A DNA stretch of 38,662 bases from a virus (lineage: Duplodnaviria; Heunggongvirae; Uroviricota; Caudoviricetes). The notes beneath the pieces were generated by a model. It made no database searches and was not told the DNA's origin. It saw only the letters and a program-made list of their open reading frames with translations. The DNA lies in IMG/VR virus record IMGVR_UViG_3300042524_000214, positions 1 to 38,662 of that record. The stretch is one strand, 5' to 3'. This document shows positions 16,384 through 24,681 of this stretch, piece after piece. Numbering within the stretch: the stretch's first letter is position 1; every line of letters begins with the position of its first letter. A program made the position numbers and the translations under genes.

Positions 16384-16800
16384 TTATATATTTTTTAATT
16401 GAAAGTGCATTCCGTCTTTTCTAGTCCATGTTCCGCCCCAATCAAAACCTGCATCTGTAAAACATTTTACAAATCCTGCTGATAAAACTGGTACTTTATT
16501 AAGACCATTCCATGCTGCATTGACATCAATTGCTATTCCCCAAGAATGTAAAGACATTGAAGATAAACCTCTTTTGTTTCGGATATTAAAACATCCATCC
16601 CAAGTTTTTAGTTCTTTTACAAAACCTGTAGATATTAAGTTTTTAAAAGCTGCTGTTAATGGTGCTACCATATCTTTATTACAATAAAGTTTTTTTGGTA
16701 GTACACCTATTTCTAACTCTTTTGGTACATCCCATACAACCATACTACGTTCTAGTGTTGGGTCTCCATACTTTTTTAATGCTTGTGCACTTGTTACCAT
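16384..16800 (-). CDS. Endolysin, peptidase M15 family
   Basis: 138 aa. GCFNIR...SLHSWGIAIDVN...WGGTW...DGMHFQ carries the Zn ligands of the M15 (M15C) peptidases. Confidence 0.9.
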   Translation of the reverse strand: MVTSAQALKKYGDPTLERSMVVWDVPKELEIGVLPKKLYCNKDMVAPLTAAFKNLISTGFVKELKTWDGCFNIRNKRGLSSMSLHSWGIAIDVNAAWNGLNKVPVLSAGFVKCFTDAGFDWGGTWTRKDGMHFQLKNI

Positions 16801-16813
16801 GGTTTTTCTGTTA

Positions 16814-17245
16814 TTATGGTTTTAATACGTCTATGTCTTCTTTAATTTCTGCACTTCTTTTCAGAAACTTTTTAAGCATCTTTAGTACATCTACATTAAA
16901 CGCTTGTTCAAAATTTTCTTTTATACTAACTGCTTCTATAAATATCAATATAATTGTTACAACTTTTGTAAAGAAATATGGTATTGAAAACCACATTTTA
17001 AAAAACTCCCCTAACAAAAATGTATCTATGGTAAATATTAATAATACTGCTGCTTGATATAAAACAAATTTTGAAACTATATTGCTTAACTTTCTAGAAG
17101 TTATTGCTTCTCCTATTTTTACTGATTTTGCTATTCCAAAAATTGTATCTAGTGCTATAGCTGTTCCTACTGATATTAATAGCCCTTGTATTGGTGCGAA
17201 AAATAGTAGAAGGGTTGTAAAAAAATAAGCTATGTATGTCTTCAT
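16814..17245 (-). CDS. Holin (phage holin 4 / toxin-secretion-like)
   Basis: 143 aa. Three hydrophobic segments, DTIFGI, EAVSIKEN and a charged C-terminus. Upstream of the endolysin. Confidence 0.8.
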   Translation of the reverse strand: MKTYIAYFFTTLLLFFAPIQGLLISVGTAIALDTIFGIAKSVKIGEAITSRKLSNIVSKFVLYQAAVLLIFTIDTFLLGEFFKMWFSIPYFFTKVVTIILIFIEAVSIKENFEQAFNVDVLKMLKKFLKRSAEIKEDIDVLKP

Positions 17246-17272
17246 TTATCTTTCGATTTTTAATAGTTAAAT

Positions 17273-17304
17273 AAAAAAAGGAGGAGTGTTTTGCTCCTCC
17301 TTTT
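17273..17304 (-). terminator. Rho-independent terminator (possibly bidirectional)
   Basis: Perfect inverted repeat AAAAGGAGGAG / CTCCTCCTTTT, with T7 on the minus strand and T4 on the plus strand. Confidence 0.8.
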
Positions 17305-17317
17305 AGTTTTATTATTT

Positions 17318-19324
17318 TTAGTAGCCTGCTACTAATGCTGGTAAAGTAATACCGTTTCCAGCTGCTAATGTTGTTAACAAACCATGTATTGCTGTAGATT
17401 TACCTACTTCTACTAATATGTGGTAATCAAAGTTTTCAACTACTTCGCCTGAGAATGATTGTGCAAATCTGTTTGTTCTAACGCTAACTACGTAGTCTAC
17501 GTATTGAGAAGTAGATTTCAAATGAGATTCTTGACCTAATACTAATTTACCAAAGTTGTTACCTGCTAATCTCTGACGATTTTCAAAATAAACTCTAGTT
17601 CTTTCTTCTAAGTCATAGAATTTTCCTCCTATTGATTCTGGCTCAGTTGCGATAGATAATAATTTTACTTTAAATCTACCATTAGTCCCCATATTGAATG
17701 ACTCAGTAATTGCTCCTGGAGCTACATTTGCAATAGATAACCTTGTAGAGCTATATACGAATGGAATATCATCTCTGTATTCTTCACTTCCTGCAAAAAT
17801 GTTCACTTTACCTTTTAAACGGATTCCCATTAAAGCGGTAGAACTGTAAACTGTAGGTGCTGCTACCCAATGAACTCCTTGGAAAGGTGCTGGGTCAACA
17901 GCTGTAAATAGGTCTCTTAATATTGGAGAACACTCTTCGCATACTACATTAGAAAGAACTTCTGCTCTGTAGACAGTTTGACATCCACCAGTGGTTGCTG
18001 TACCTACATTAGTCAAAACTCCAACTGTTGCTGCTAAACTATTTGTTGCATCTAAAGATACTGTATAAAATCCTTCAGCTAAATCTGTAAAAGTAATTAC
18101 TCCTAGTAATGATGTTACTGTTGCTCCTGTAGCTAAAGCTATAGCTGCTGCTCTGTTTGTTACAAAAGCTGCTGCTGTTGTTGCGGCATCTACTGTAAAA
18201 GCTTGAGTGTACGTAACTCCACCTAATGATATAACTAAACTTCCAGTAGTACCTGTTATAGTAACTGCTTGAGCCCAGTTTGGACTTATTGTGTCAACTA
18301 ATATGTTCAAATCAGGATAAGCTGCTTTTACTGCTGCTAACTTATTTGTTAAAGAGTTGTTACAATCTGTGTCTTTTAATTGTAAAGTGTAAGTCTTTTG
18401 AATTGCTGCACAAGAAGCTCCTGCTACCCAAACAATTGATGTTGGAGTTGTAGTTAATTCAGGTATACCATCACAATTAGCATCTGCTAAAGAAGCTACT
18501 GATAATGAGTAAGCTGTTGGTAATGCTGAACCTATTACAACATAAGTTGAAACCCCTGCTTCGGCTGTTCCTGGTGTATAAGTTTCTCTTTTTACTACTA
18601 ATGTAGGGTATTGTGCTTGAACTAATCCAAGTGCGGTATGATTACCTTTATCTTTTACTGTCAACTTGTAAAAAGTAGAAACTACATCATTTTGTGCTAT
18701 AGTAGCTGCTGATGCGTTTGTACTATTTACTGGAGTAATATCAATATAATTTAAGATAGATACTCCACCTACCAAAGTTACATTTTTCAAACGTTTAACT
18801 CCTTCTTCAATAATTTGGTGCATTGTAAAAGAACCTGTGTTTGGTGCTTCTAAATAAAGTTTTACAGTTACTTTTGCATCTGAGTATCCTAACATTCCGA
18901 TAGCTTCTCCAGACAAAGTAATGTCAATTACTTCATTATCTCCATTGCTCATTACAATTGCTGAGCTTGCGTTGATTCCATCATATCCAATCAAGAATTC
19001 GTCAACAGATACTCCCATTTTAGGGTAGTTAACTTTTACGTCAACAATCTCTGATAATTTAAAAGGTACTGTAGAATATGCTTTGTTTGATTGAGAACGA
19101 GTTGGTGTCAAAGGTGCGATACCTAATCTTAGTTCATACAATCTGTTTCTGTCTGTTGCGATTGATGTTACAGAAGTAACTACAGGCATACCAGCTGCTG
19201 TTGGTACTCCTCCTTTATCAACAAGACCGATTTGTCCTTTAGCGATTCTTGTAGAACCACCTGAGGTTGATACCGAACCTTCGTTGGTAACAAAAAATAG
19301 TGTTTGCGGTGCGTGACTTGCCAT
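17318..19324 (-). CDS. Auxiliary capsid/structural protein (crAss gp36/gene 73-like) with central insertion
   Basis: 668 aa, T/A/V-rich. C-terminal GIRLKGK...YVDYVVSV...YHILVE pattern and position three genes after the MCP-adjacent gene match the crAss structural block. Confidence 0.55.
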   Translation of the reverse strand: MASHAPQTLFFVTNEGSVSTSGGSTRIAKGQIGLVDKGGVPTAAGMPVVTSVTSIATDRNRLYELRLGIAPLTPTRSQSNKAYSTVPFKLSEIVDVKVNYPKMGVSVDEFLIGYDGINASSAIVMSNGDNEVIDITLSGEAIGMLGYSDAKVTVKLYLEAPNTGSFTMHQIIEEGVKRLKNVTLVGGVSILNYIDITPVNSTNASAATIAQNDVVSTFYKLTVKDKGNHTALGLVQAQYPTLVVKRETYTPGTAEAGVSTYVVIGSALPTAYSLSVASLADANCDGIPELTTTPTSIVWVAGASCAAIQKTYTLQLKDTDCNNSLTNKLAAVKAAYPDLNILVDTISPNWAQAVTITGTTGSLVISLGGVTYTQAFTVDAATTAAAFVTNRAAAIALATGATVTSLLGVITFTDLAEGFYTVSLDATNSLAATVGVLTNVGTATTGGCQTVYRAEVLSNVVCEECSPILRDLFTAVDPAPFQGVHWVAAPTVYSSTALMGIRLKGKVNIFAGSEEYRDDIPFVYSSTRLSIANVAPGAITESFNMGTNGRFKVKLLSIATEPESIGGKFYDLEERTRVYFENRQRLAGNNFGKLVLGQESHLKSTSQYVDYVVSVRTNRFAQSFSGEVVENFDYHILVEVGKSTAIHGLLTTLAAGNGITLPALVAGY

Positions 19325-19354
19325 TTTTAATTTTAATTTTAGTTGTTATTTTTA

Positions 19355-19810
19355 TTAATTGAAAATTTCTATTGAAATAGGTGTGTTTGTAAATAAACTG
19401 TTTGTTAACGTTGGTGTTGTTCCTATAGTTGCACTTGTTATTGTTATAACAGTTGTACTTGTTACTACTGCTGTAATTGCAACTCTATTTTCGCCTGTGC
19501 CTATTACTACATGTGTTTTACCAGCTGTAAATATAGGTAACGCACTTGTTATTGTATAAGTACCAACTGCACTATAACCAAAAGTTATAATTGAGTTTGT
19601 GGTATTTTTTGATACCCCTGCTGCTACTGGTGCTGGTGCTGAAGTGTTTGCTTGAGAAAAAATAGTTTTGTAAACTAAAGGGTTTTTTTCTATTGCTGCA
19701 ACTCTTGCTTCAAGAGCTACTGATTTTGTTTCTTGTGCTGTTACTCTTTCTGGGAGTCTCCCCCATATATTACCTGTAGGTAATGGGAATCTATTAGCGT
19801 AGTTTTTCAT
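19355..19810 (-). CDS. Putative head fibre/decoration protein
   Basis: 151 aa. Short coiled coil (ALEARVAAIE), then a T-rich beta domain with YSAVGTYTIT. Confidence 0.45.
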   Translation of the reverse strand: MKNYANRFPLPTGNIWGRLPERVTAQETKSVALEARVAAIEKNPLVYKTIFSQANTSAPAPVAAGVSKNTTNSIITFGYSAVGTYTITSALPIFTAGKTHVVIGTGENRVAITAVVTSTTVITITSATIGTTPTLTNSLFTNTPISIEIFN

Positions 19811-19828
19811 TTGTTATTTTTATTTATG

Positions 19829-20497
19829 TTAAAGTTGCTCAGTTGCTCTCATTCTATCAATCTGGAATTTTGGGTTCTCTACGTTAACCTCAAACTCACT
19901 AGATGCTAAAGATAATATTCTATCCAATAATAAGTCGTCAAACTCTGGATTAACAGAAGGAGTAAATTGACTCTCTGGATTATCTGGGTCTATTAGACTT
20001 ATTTGTTTTGGGTATCTATAATAAGATAAGAAAAGTTTTGTGTGTGTAAAATCTTCTTTGTATAAAAAGATTCTATTGTTTCCCATAGAAAGTGGTGCTT
20101 CTCTGGCAATAAATGAAGGCTTGTTAAACTCATCTTGTAATATTTCAGTCTTGTTATCGTCTTTAATATCAAAAAGTGTTATTTTAACACCATCACAATT
20201 ACCTTTTGTTGCTGTCGAGTAAGCTGATGAGAAATTTAGTAAATCATCTGGCATCAAGAATACATCGGCATCAATTATTGAAGTTTCTCTTGAGATTTCT
20301 TTATTAGGTACTAGTATGTTTTGTATATACGTGTAGTCGTCTGTACCTTTTTTGCTGAGTATAAACTCAACCATTTTATTCTGAGCTTCGTTAAATATTA
20401 TAACAAATCTACCTCTGTCAATACCTATCTTAGAACTCTCATAAGTTTCATTAACTTTAATCTGAAATTTTATAAAGGCTTGTTCTGTAGTGGTCAT
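19829..20497 (-). CDS. Head-tail ring/adaptor protein (crAss gene 74-like)
   Basis: 222 aa. FIKFQIKVN...FVIIFNEAQNK...FLMPDD...LSYYRYPKQI...ILSLAS pattern of crAss ring proteins. Confidence 0.7.
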   Translation of the reverse strand: MTTTEQAFIKFQIKVNETYESSKIGIDRGRFVIIFNEAQNKMVEFILSKKGTDDYTYIQNILVPNKEISRETSIIDADVFLMPDDLLNFSSAYSTATKGNCDGVKITLFDIKDDNKTEILQDEFNKPSFIAREAPLSMGNNRIFLYKEDFTHTKLFLSYYRYPKQISLIDPDNPESQFTPSVNPEFDDLLLDRILSLASSEFEVNVENPKFQIDRMRATEQL

Positions 20498-20514
20498 CTT
20501 TGTCTTTTAAATAA

Positions 20515-20536
20515 TGGGGAGCCGGGTGACTCCCCA
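20515..20536 (-). terminator. Strong hairpin, probable terminator or mRNA-stabilising stem
   Basis: Minus strand TGGGGAGTC-ACCC-GGCTCCCCA followed by TTATTT (weak U-tract). Confidence 0.55.
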
Positions 20537-20548
20537 ATTAATATTTTC

Positions 20549-21532
20549 TTACTCTAGAAGAGTTGCAAAGATTTGTTTTAGTTCTTGGTCTACTCTAACT
20601 TTTGCTGCTGAGTTCTTCCAACCATTTTCAACATAAACATCATCCAACCACACTTCTCCGTTTTTATATTTAACTTTCCCTTTGATGTAAAGCTCTTTTA
20701 ATTTTGAGTGTATGTAAAGCTCTTCAGCTCCGTCTTCTGTTTGATATTTTTCTACTGCATCAATAAACACTTTATCGTTTTGGAATTTATCTTCTTTTGA
20801 ACCAATAAAGTTTCCAAAGACTGTATATAGTACAGCATCATCGCTAGATTTTGTTGCGTTTATTCCTAGGTACTCTAAAACTTGTAATAAACCATCACGG
20901 TTTGTTGTTAGTAAAGTGTAGAATAAGGCAGAAGCTTTCGCTTTTCTCATTTCTTTTTCAGCCTCTCTACTCATTGAGCTGTCTTTATCGACAATACAAT
21001 ACATTGAAATTGGCTGTTTGAATTCTGGATGAGATTCCATCTCTTTTGGAGTGACTCTTTTGTGCACTAATAAAAGATATAGTCTTAACAAATCTTCTGT
21101 TTTAGCAGTATCAAAAAGTTTACCTCTGTGGCATTCTACTCTAAAAGCATCCCAGAAATGATTATTTGCTGAGGTGTGATTTAAAATATCATCTCCTTTT
21201 TCCTGTTCAATAGGAAGTACAATATTTGTTTTTAGGGATTTTAATGCTAAGGTTCTAGCATCAATATCAGGTATCGCTCTTGCTAAAGCTTTTGAAGTAG
21301 GGTACAAACCCGTATCCCAAATTCCTCTTTCTTCATCAAAAATTGCTCCAGGAAAAGTATCAACTACTAAATCACTTAGAACTTTTGTTGTGTTAAATTC
21401 CTTAAAACCATCTGGTGCTGAGGTATCTAACTTTTCTTTTATTTCGTAAAGCGTGTCTTTTTTAATCTCAAAATCATAGATTTTTAAGATAACATTGCTT
21501 TCCTCCTTTTTACTTTTTGCTATTGGAGCCAT
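20549..21532 (-). CDS. Conserved crAss-like protein downstream of MCP (gene 75-like)
   Basis: 327 aa. WDTGL...NNHFWD...YCIVDKD...KAKASALF pattern. Synteny directly after the MCP. Confidence 0.6.
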   Translation of the reverse strand: MAPIAKSKKEESNVILKIYDFEIKKDTLYEIKEKLDTSAPDGFKEFNTTKVLSDLVVDTFPGAIFDEERGIWDTGLYPTSKALARAIPDIDARTLALKSLKTNIVLPIEQEKGDDILNHTSANNHFWDAFRVECHRGKLFDTAKTEDLLRLYLLLVHKRVTPKEMESHPEFKQPISMYCIVDKDSSMSREAEKEMRKAKASALFYTLLTTNRDGLLQVLEYLGINATKSSDDAVLYTVFGNFIGSKEDKFQNDKVFIDAVEKYQTEDGAEELYIHSKLKELYIKGKVKYKNGEVWLDDVYVENGWKNSAAKVRVDQELKQIFATLLE

Positions 21533-21623
21533 TATGTCTTAATTTTTTGGTTACTTAACTTCTTTTTCTGTTGTTGGGTTGGTTGTATTATTGCAGAATA
21601 TTTATTGGTTTAATTCTGTGATG

Positions 21624-21663
21624 CAAAAGTACGAATTGTTTTTTATATAAACAAATAGGTTAA
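21624..21663 (-). promoter_or_regulatory. Bacteroidota-type promoter with upstream TTAAC element
   Basis: TTAACCTATTTG, 20-nt spacer, TACTTTTG (21624-21631). Confidence 0.8.
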
Positions 21664-21668
21664 ATTTC

Positions 21669-21694
21669 TTACCCCACCGTTTATAGTGGGGTAA
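21669..21694 (-). terminator. Hairpin after MCP stop (terminator or stabiliser)
   Basis: Perfect 9-bp inverted repeat TTACCCCAC / GTGGGGTAA. No classical U-tract. Confidence 0.5.
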
Positions 21695-21716
21695 AGAATA
21701 TTTAACAATTTTTATA

Positions 21717-23411
21717 TTAGTTAAAGCCTTTTCTTGCTGCTTCGTCTAATTCAATCATAACGAAACGAGTTAAGTCTCTAACGTGAATATCACAAATGTT
21801 GAACGCCCAGAACTCTTGTCCTATTTGTTTCATTGATGACATTACATCTCCTGCTTTTCTATAGTCGTAACGACCATTAGTAGTTCCCCAGTAGCACATT
21901 TCGCCTTGTGGTTTTACTAAATAAATGTTAGCTCCCATATTTCCTCCGTCAACCAAAGTAGCACCTTTTGGTAACTGTTTGTTGTTAGAGTATTGTTGGT
22001 CATCCACATCCCAAATTACCATTGAGTAAGCAGTTGGTGACAAGTTTTCTGGGTGGAAACCACCTGCTAAACGGTCAACTCCTTCCATCATGTTCAATGA
22101 TGTGTCTTCTTCAATTTCGATGTTTCCAATACCAGGAATGAAAACTTTTGTAAAACGAATTGGCACGTATTCCAAATTGAATGGGTCGTTACCACGAACT
22201 GGGTTAGGTATAGTTCTTTCAACTCCTAAGAATGTATTCAATGCAGAATTTTGTGCATTTACTTCATCAGAGAAGATTGACAAGATATTTTGATAAGCGT
22301 ATTTACCACATTTGAATTTCAAACGTCTTTCAACATCTTGTTTGAATGGGTTAATACGGAATACGTATTCAGCTGATTCTTTCAAGTGGTCACGAGTAAT
22401 TCCTCCTGGACGACCATACTTAATAAGTTTACCTCTACGTAATTGGTGCCATAAACCTTCGTTTAATCTAGCAACACCGTTTGAATCACGAACTGTAGCA
22501 GCACGTTGGAACAAAAGTTTTTGAGCAGTTAAACGCTCTAATTCTCTCATTGTTAAGAATTCCATTGTAGCTCCAATTCTAGCTGTTTTCAAGTCTGGCA
22601 TTTTTTTACCGTTCTTAACAGTCATGTTAGCTAAAATAGCATATTCATTCCCTTCAAATTCCGATTGTAATTTGTCTAAATACATTTTAGATTGAGCATC
22701 AGCACCAGAGAAAGATTTAGAATCCGCCAAACCAGTGATGTAAGCTTCAACCCCAGATGCAGAACCTAAACGGAATTCACATCTCATTGAACCTACTGTA
22801 TCAGGCATATCAAAGTGAGAGAAGTTTGTACCTCTTTCTCCTAAGATTGCATGACCTACTTTGAAGTATTGGATACCTTTAGCTAAGTTAGAAGGTAAGA
22901 ACCAAGTGTTCTTGTCATTATCTGCTAATTTAACTGTGTGTTCCCAACCTTCTCCTACTGCAACTACAGGTACTTCACCAGAAACGATTACTTGTTGTCC
23001 GTAGTATTTGTTGTTTGTTAATACATCTCCGGTAGTGTAAGCTTTGTTCAAAGTAATTTTGAATGCTCCACCATCTACTCCAGGGTAAGCCTGGTTAGAC
23101 ATATCACGAGTTGTGTAACAACCTTTGTACTCTTCAACTGGAATATCATAAGTAAATCCACCGTCCCATCCGTTAACTTCAAGGATTGATTTGTTTTGTA
23201 ATAATTCACGAAGAATACCGTAGCTTCTTACTGCTTGTTTACCCCATAAGTTCATCAAACCTAAGTGGTGTTTGTTTGGGTCTTCTTTATACCATGAATA
23301 AAGTGAAGGTAAATCTTGTGCACCGTTGATAGAAGAAACTGTCTTCTTATCGGTAAACATTATTACTTGGTCTCCATTCACAATGAAAGGGATGTTTTGT
23401 TGTTGTACCAT
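21717..23411 (-). CDS. Major capsid protein (crAss-like, HK97 fold)
   Basis: 564 aa. Position after portal and scaffold-like gene, strongly biased high-expression codon usage, and motifs NEGLWHQLRRG, FTKVFIPGIGNIEIEED and DLTRFVMIEL. Confidence 0.88.
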   Translation of the reverse strand: MVQQQNIPFIVNGDQVIMFTDKKTVSSINGAQDLPSLYSWYKEDPNKHHLGLMNLWGKQAVRSYGILRELLQNKSILEVNGWDGGFTYDIPVEEYKGCYTTRDMSNQAYPGVDGGAFKITLNKAYTTGDVLTNNKYYGQQVIVSGEVPVVAVGEGWEHTVKLADNDKNTWFLPSNLAKGIQYFKVGHAILGERGTNFSHFDMPDTVGSMRCEFRLGSASGVEAYITGLADSKSFSGADAQSKMYLDKLQSEFEGNEYAILANMTVKNGKKMPDLKTARIGATMEFLTMRELERLTAQKLLFQRAATVRDSNGVARLNEGLWHQLRRGKLIKYGRPGGITRDHLKESAEYVFRINPFKQDVERRLKFKCGKYAYQNILSIFSDEVNAQNSALNTFLGVERTIPNPVRGNDPFNLEYVPIRFTKVFIPGIGNIEIEEDTSLNMMEGVDRLAGGFHPENLSPTAYSMVIWDVDDQQYSNNKQLPKGATLVDGGNMGANIYLVKPQGEMCYWGTTNGRYDYRKAGDVMSSMKQIGQEFWAFNICDIHVRDLTRFVMIELDEAARKGFN

Positions 23412-23441
23412 TTTTAATTTATTTATTTAATTTATTAATTG

Positions 23442-24575
23442 TTATTCGTCAAAATTTATTGTTTCAAAAGGTGTAATAGGAGATGTCTCCTCTTTCTTTT
23501 GTTTTTCAACTCTAGAGCTGTCTTGTACAATTTTGATTCTTTTTAAGTTATCTAATTGGACATCTTTCTTAACTGTTGCTGTTACTTTTTTAAGGTAGTT
23601 CTCCTTGTCTAGCATAAAGTAAATTAATTCTTTTGCTTTTTTGGGGTCACTCATCCATTCGTCATAAATGGTATCAATTTCATAATTACCTGTCTTATCT
23701 GTTTTTGTAGCTACATCAACAAATTTTCTTGTTAGATTTTCTGATAATCCTTCTTGTTTAAGTTCAGAAGCTAAGTTTTTTCTGTACTCCTTAACAGTTT
23801 CTTGCTCTTTAGCTTTTTCTGCTATTATTTGCTCCTCTCTGTTTTTTAAGTTTGTGTAGAATTGGTTTCTTTGGTAATCCACAATTTTCTGTGCTTTTAC
23901 ATCAAGAGTTAAATCTTCTTTAGAAGCTTTTACTAAAGCCGCAGCTTCTTTTGCACTATGACCTAATCCTTTTTGGTAGTACCATTCAAGTACATCCTCA
24001 TTGTGGTCATCATTCTCATTGTCGTAACCTTGGAAAGGTTCTTGTAAAGCGGCAGGGTTTTGGAATAAAGCTTTTGCTAATTCTAAGTCTCCCTCTTTTA
24101 CAATATTGATTAATCGTTTTTTAACTTCGTCTAATCCATCAACAGAAACATACTTTTCTTTAAATTCAGTATCTTTTTGAGTTTTGATTTCTTTCTCTAA
24201 AGCTTTGAATGTGTCTTTGTCAATATCTTTTAAATCAGAAAGTTTTACTTCATTACCCTCTTCATCTTCGATAACTAAGTCATCCCATTCTCCTGAGTCT
24301 AATCTTTCTTTTACAATGTCTAGATAAGTGTTGTCAGAATTATCTAAGGTAATCTTAGTCTCTGGCTCTTTTGGCTCATCTTTCTTTTTGTCTTTTTCTA
24401 AATCGTCATTAGGATTTAAAACTACTTCTTTTGGTTCATCGTCATCATCTTCATTACTCAACGTAATATCAGTTTCGATTTCTTCCTCTTTTTTACCATT
24501 ATCTTCTAAGCTGAAATTGTTAAATTCCATTAACTGCTCAAATGATAACTCTTCTTGGTTTTGGTTTGTTTTCAT
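23442..24575 (-). CDS. Acidic scaffold-like protein (crAss gene 77-like)
   Basis: Very D/E/K-rich and helical, between portal and MCP. Start moved to the ATG at 24575 (377 aa) because the track's longer N-terminus overlaps a promoter. Confidence 0.6.
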   Translation of the reverse strand: MKTNQNQEELSFEQLMEFNNFSLEDNGKKEEEIETDITLSNEDDDDEPKEVVLNPNDDLEKDKKKDEPKEPETKITLDNSDNTYLDIVKERLDSGEWDDLVIEDEEGNEVKLSDLKDIDKDTFKALEKEIKTQKDTEFKEKYVSVDGLDEVKKRLINIVKEGDLELAKALFQNPAALQEPFQGYDNENDDHNEDVLEWYYQKGLGHSAKEAAALVKASKEDLTLDVKAQKIVDYQRNQFYTNLKNREEQIIAEKAKEQETVKEYRKNLASELKQEGLSENLTRKFVDVATKTDKTGNYEIDTIYDEWMSDPKKAKELIYFMLDKENYLKKVTATVKKDVQLDNLKRIKIVQDSSRVEKQKKEETSPITPFETINFDE

Positions 24576-24584
24576 TTTCTGGTG

Positions 24585-24624
24585 CAAAATTAATAAAGTT
24601 TTTTCGATATACAAAATTGATTAA
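24585..24624 (-). promoter_or_regulatory. Bacteroidota-type promoter with upstream TTAA element
   Basis: TTAATCAATTTTG, 19-nt spacer, TAATTTTG (24585-24592), 10 nt before the ATG at 24575. Confidence 0.75.
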
Positions 24625-24681
24625 AATCTTGTGTACGCCTGACTTTGTTTGTTAAATTTTATTTAATAGGTTAAAGAATAT

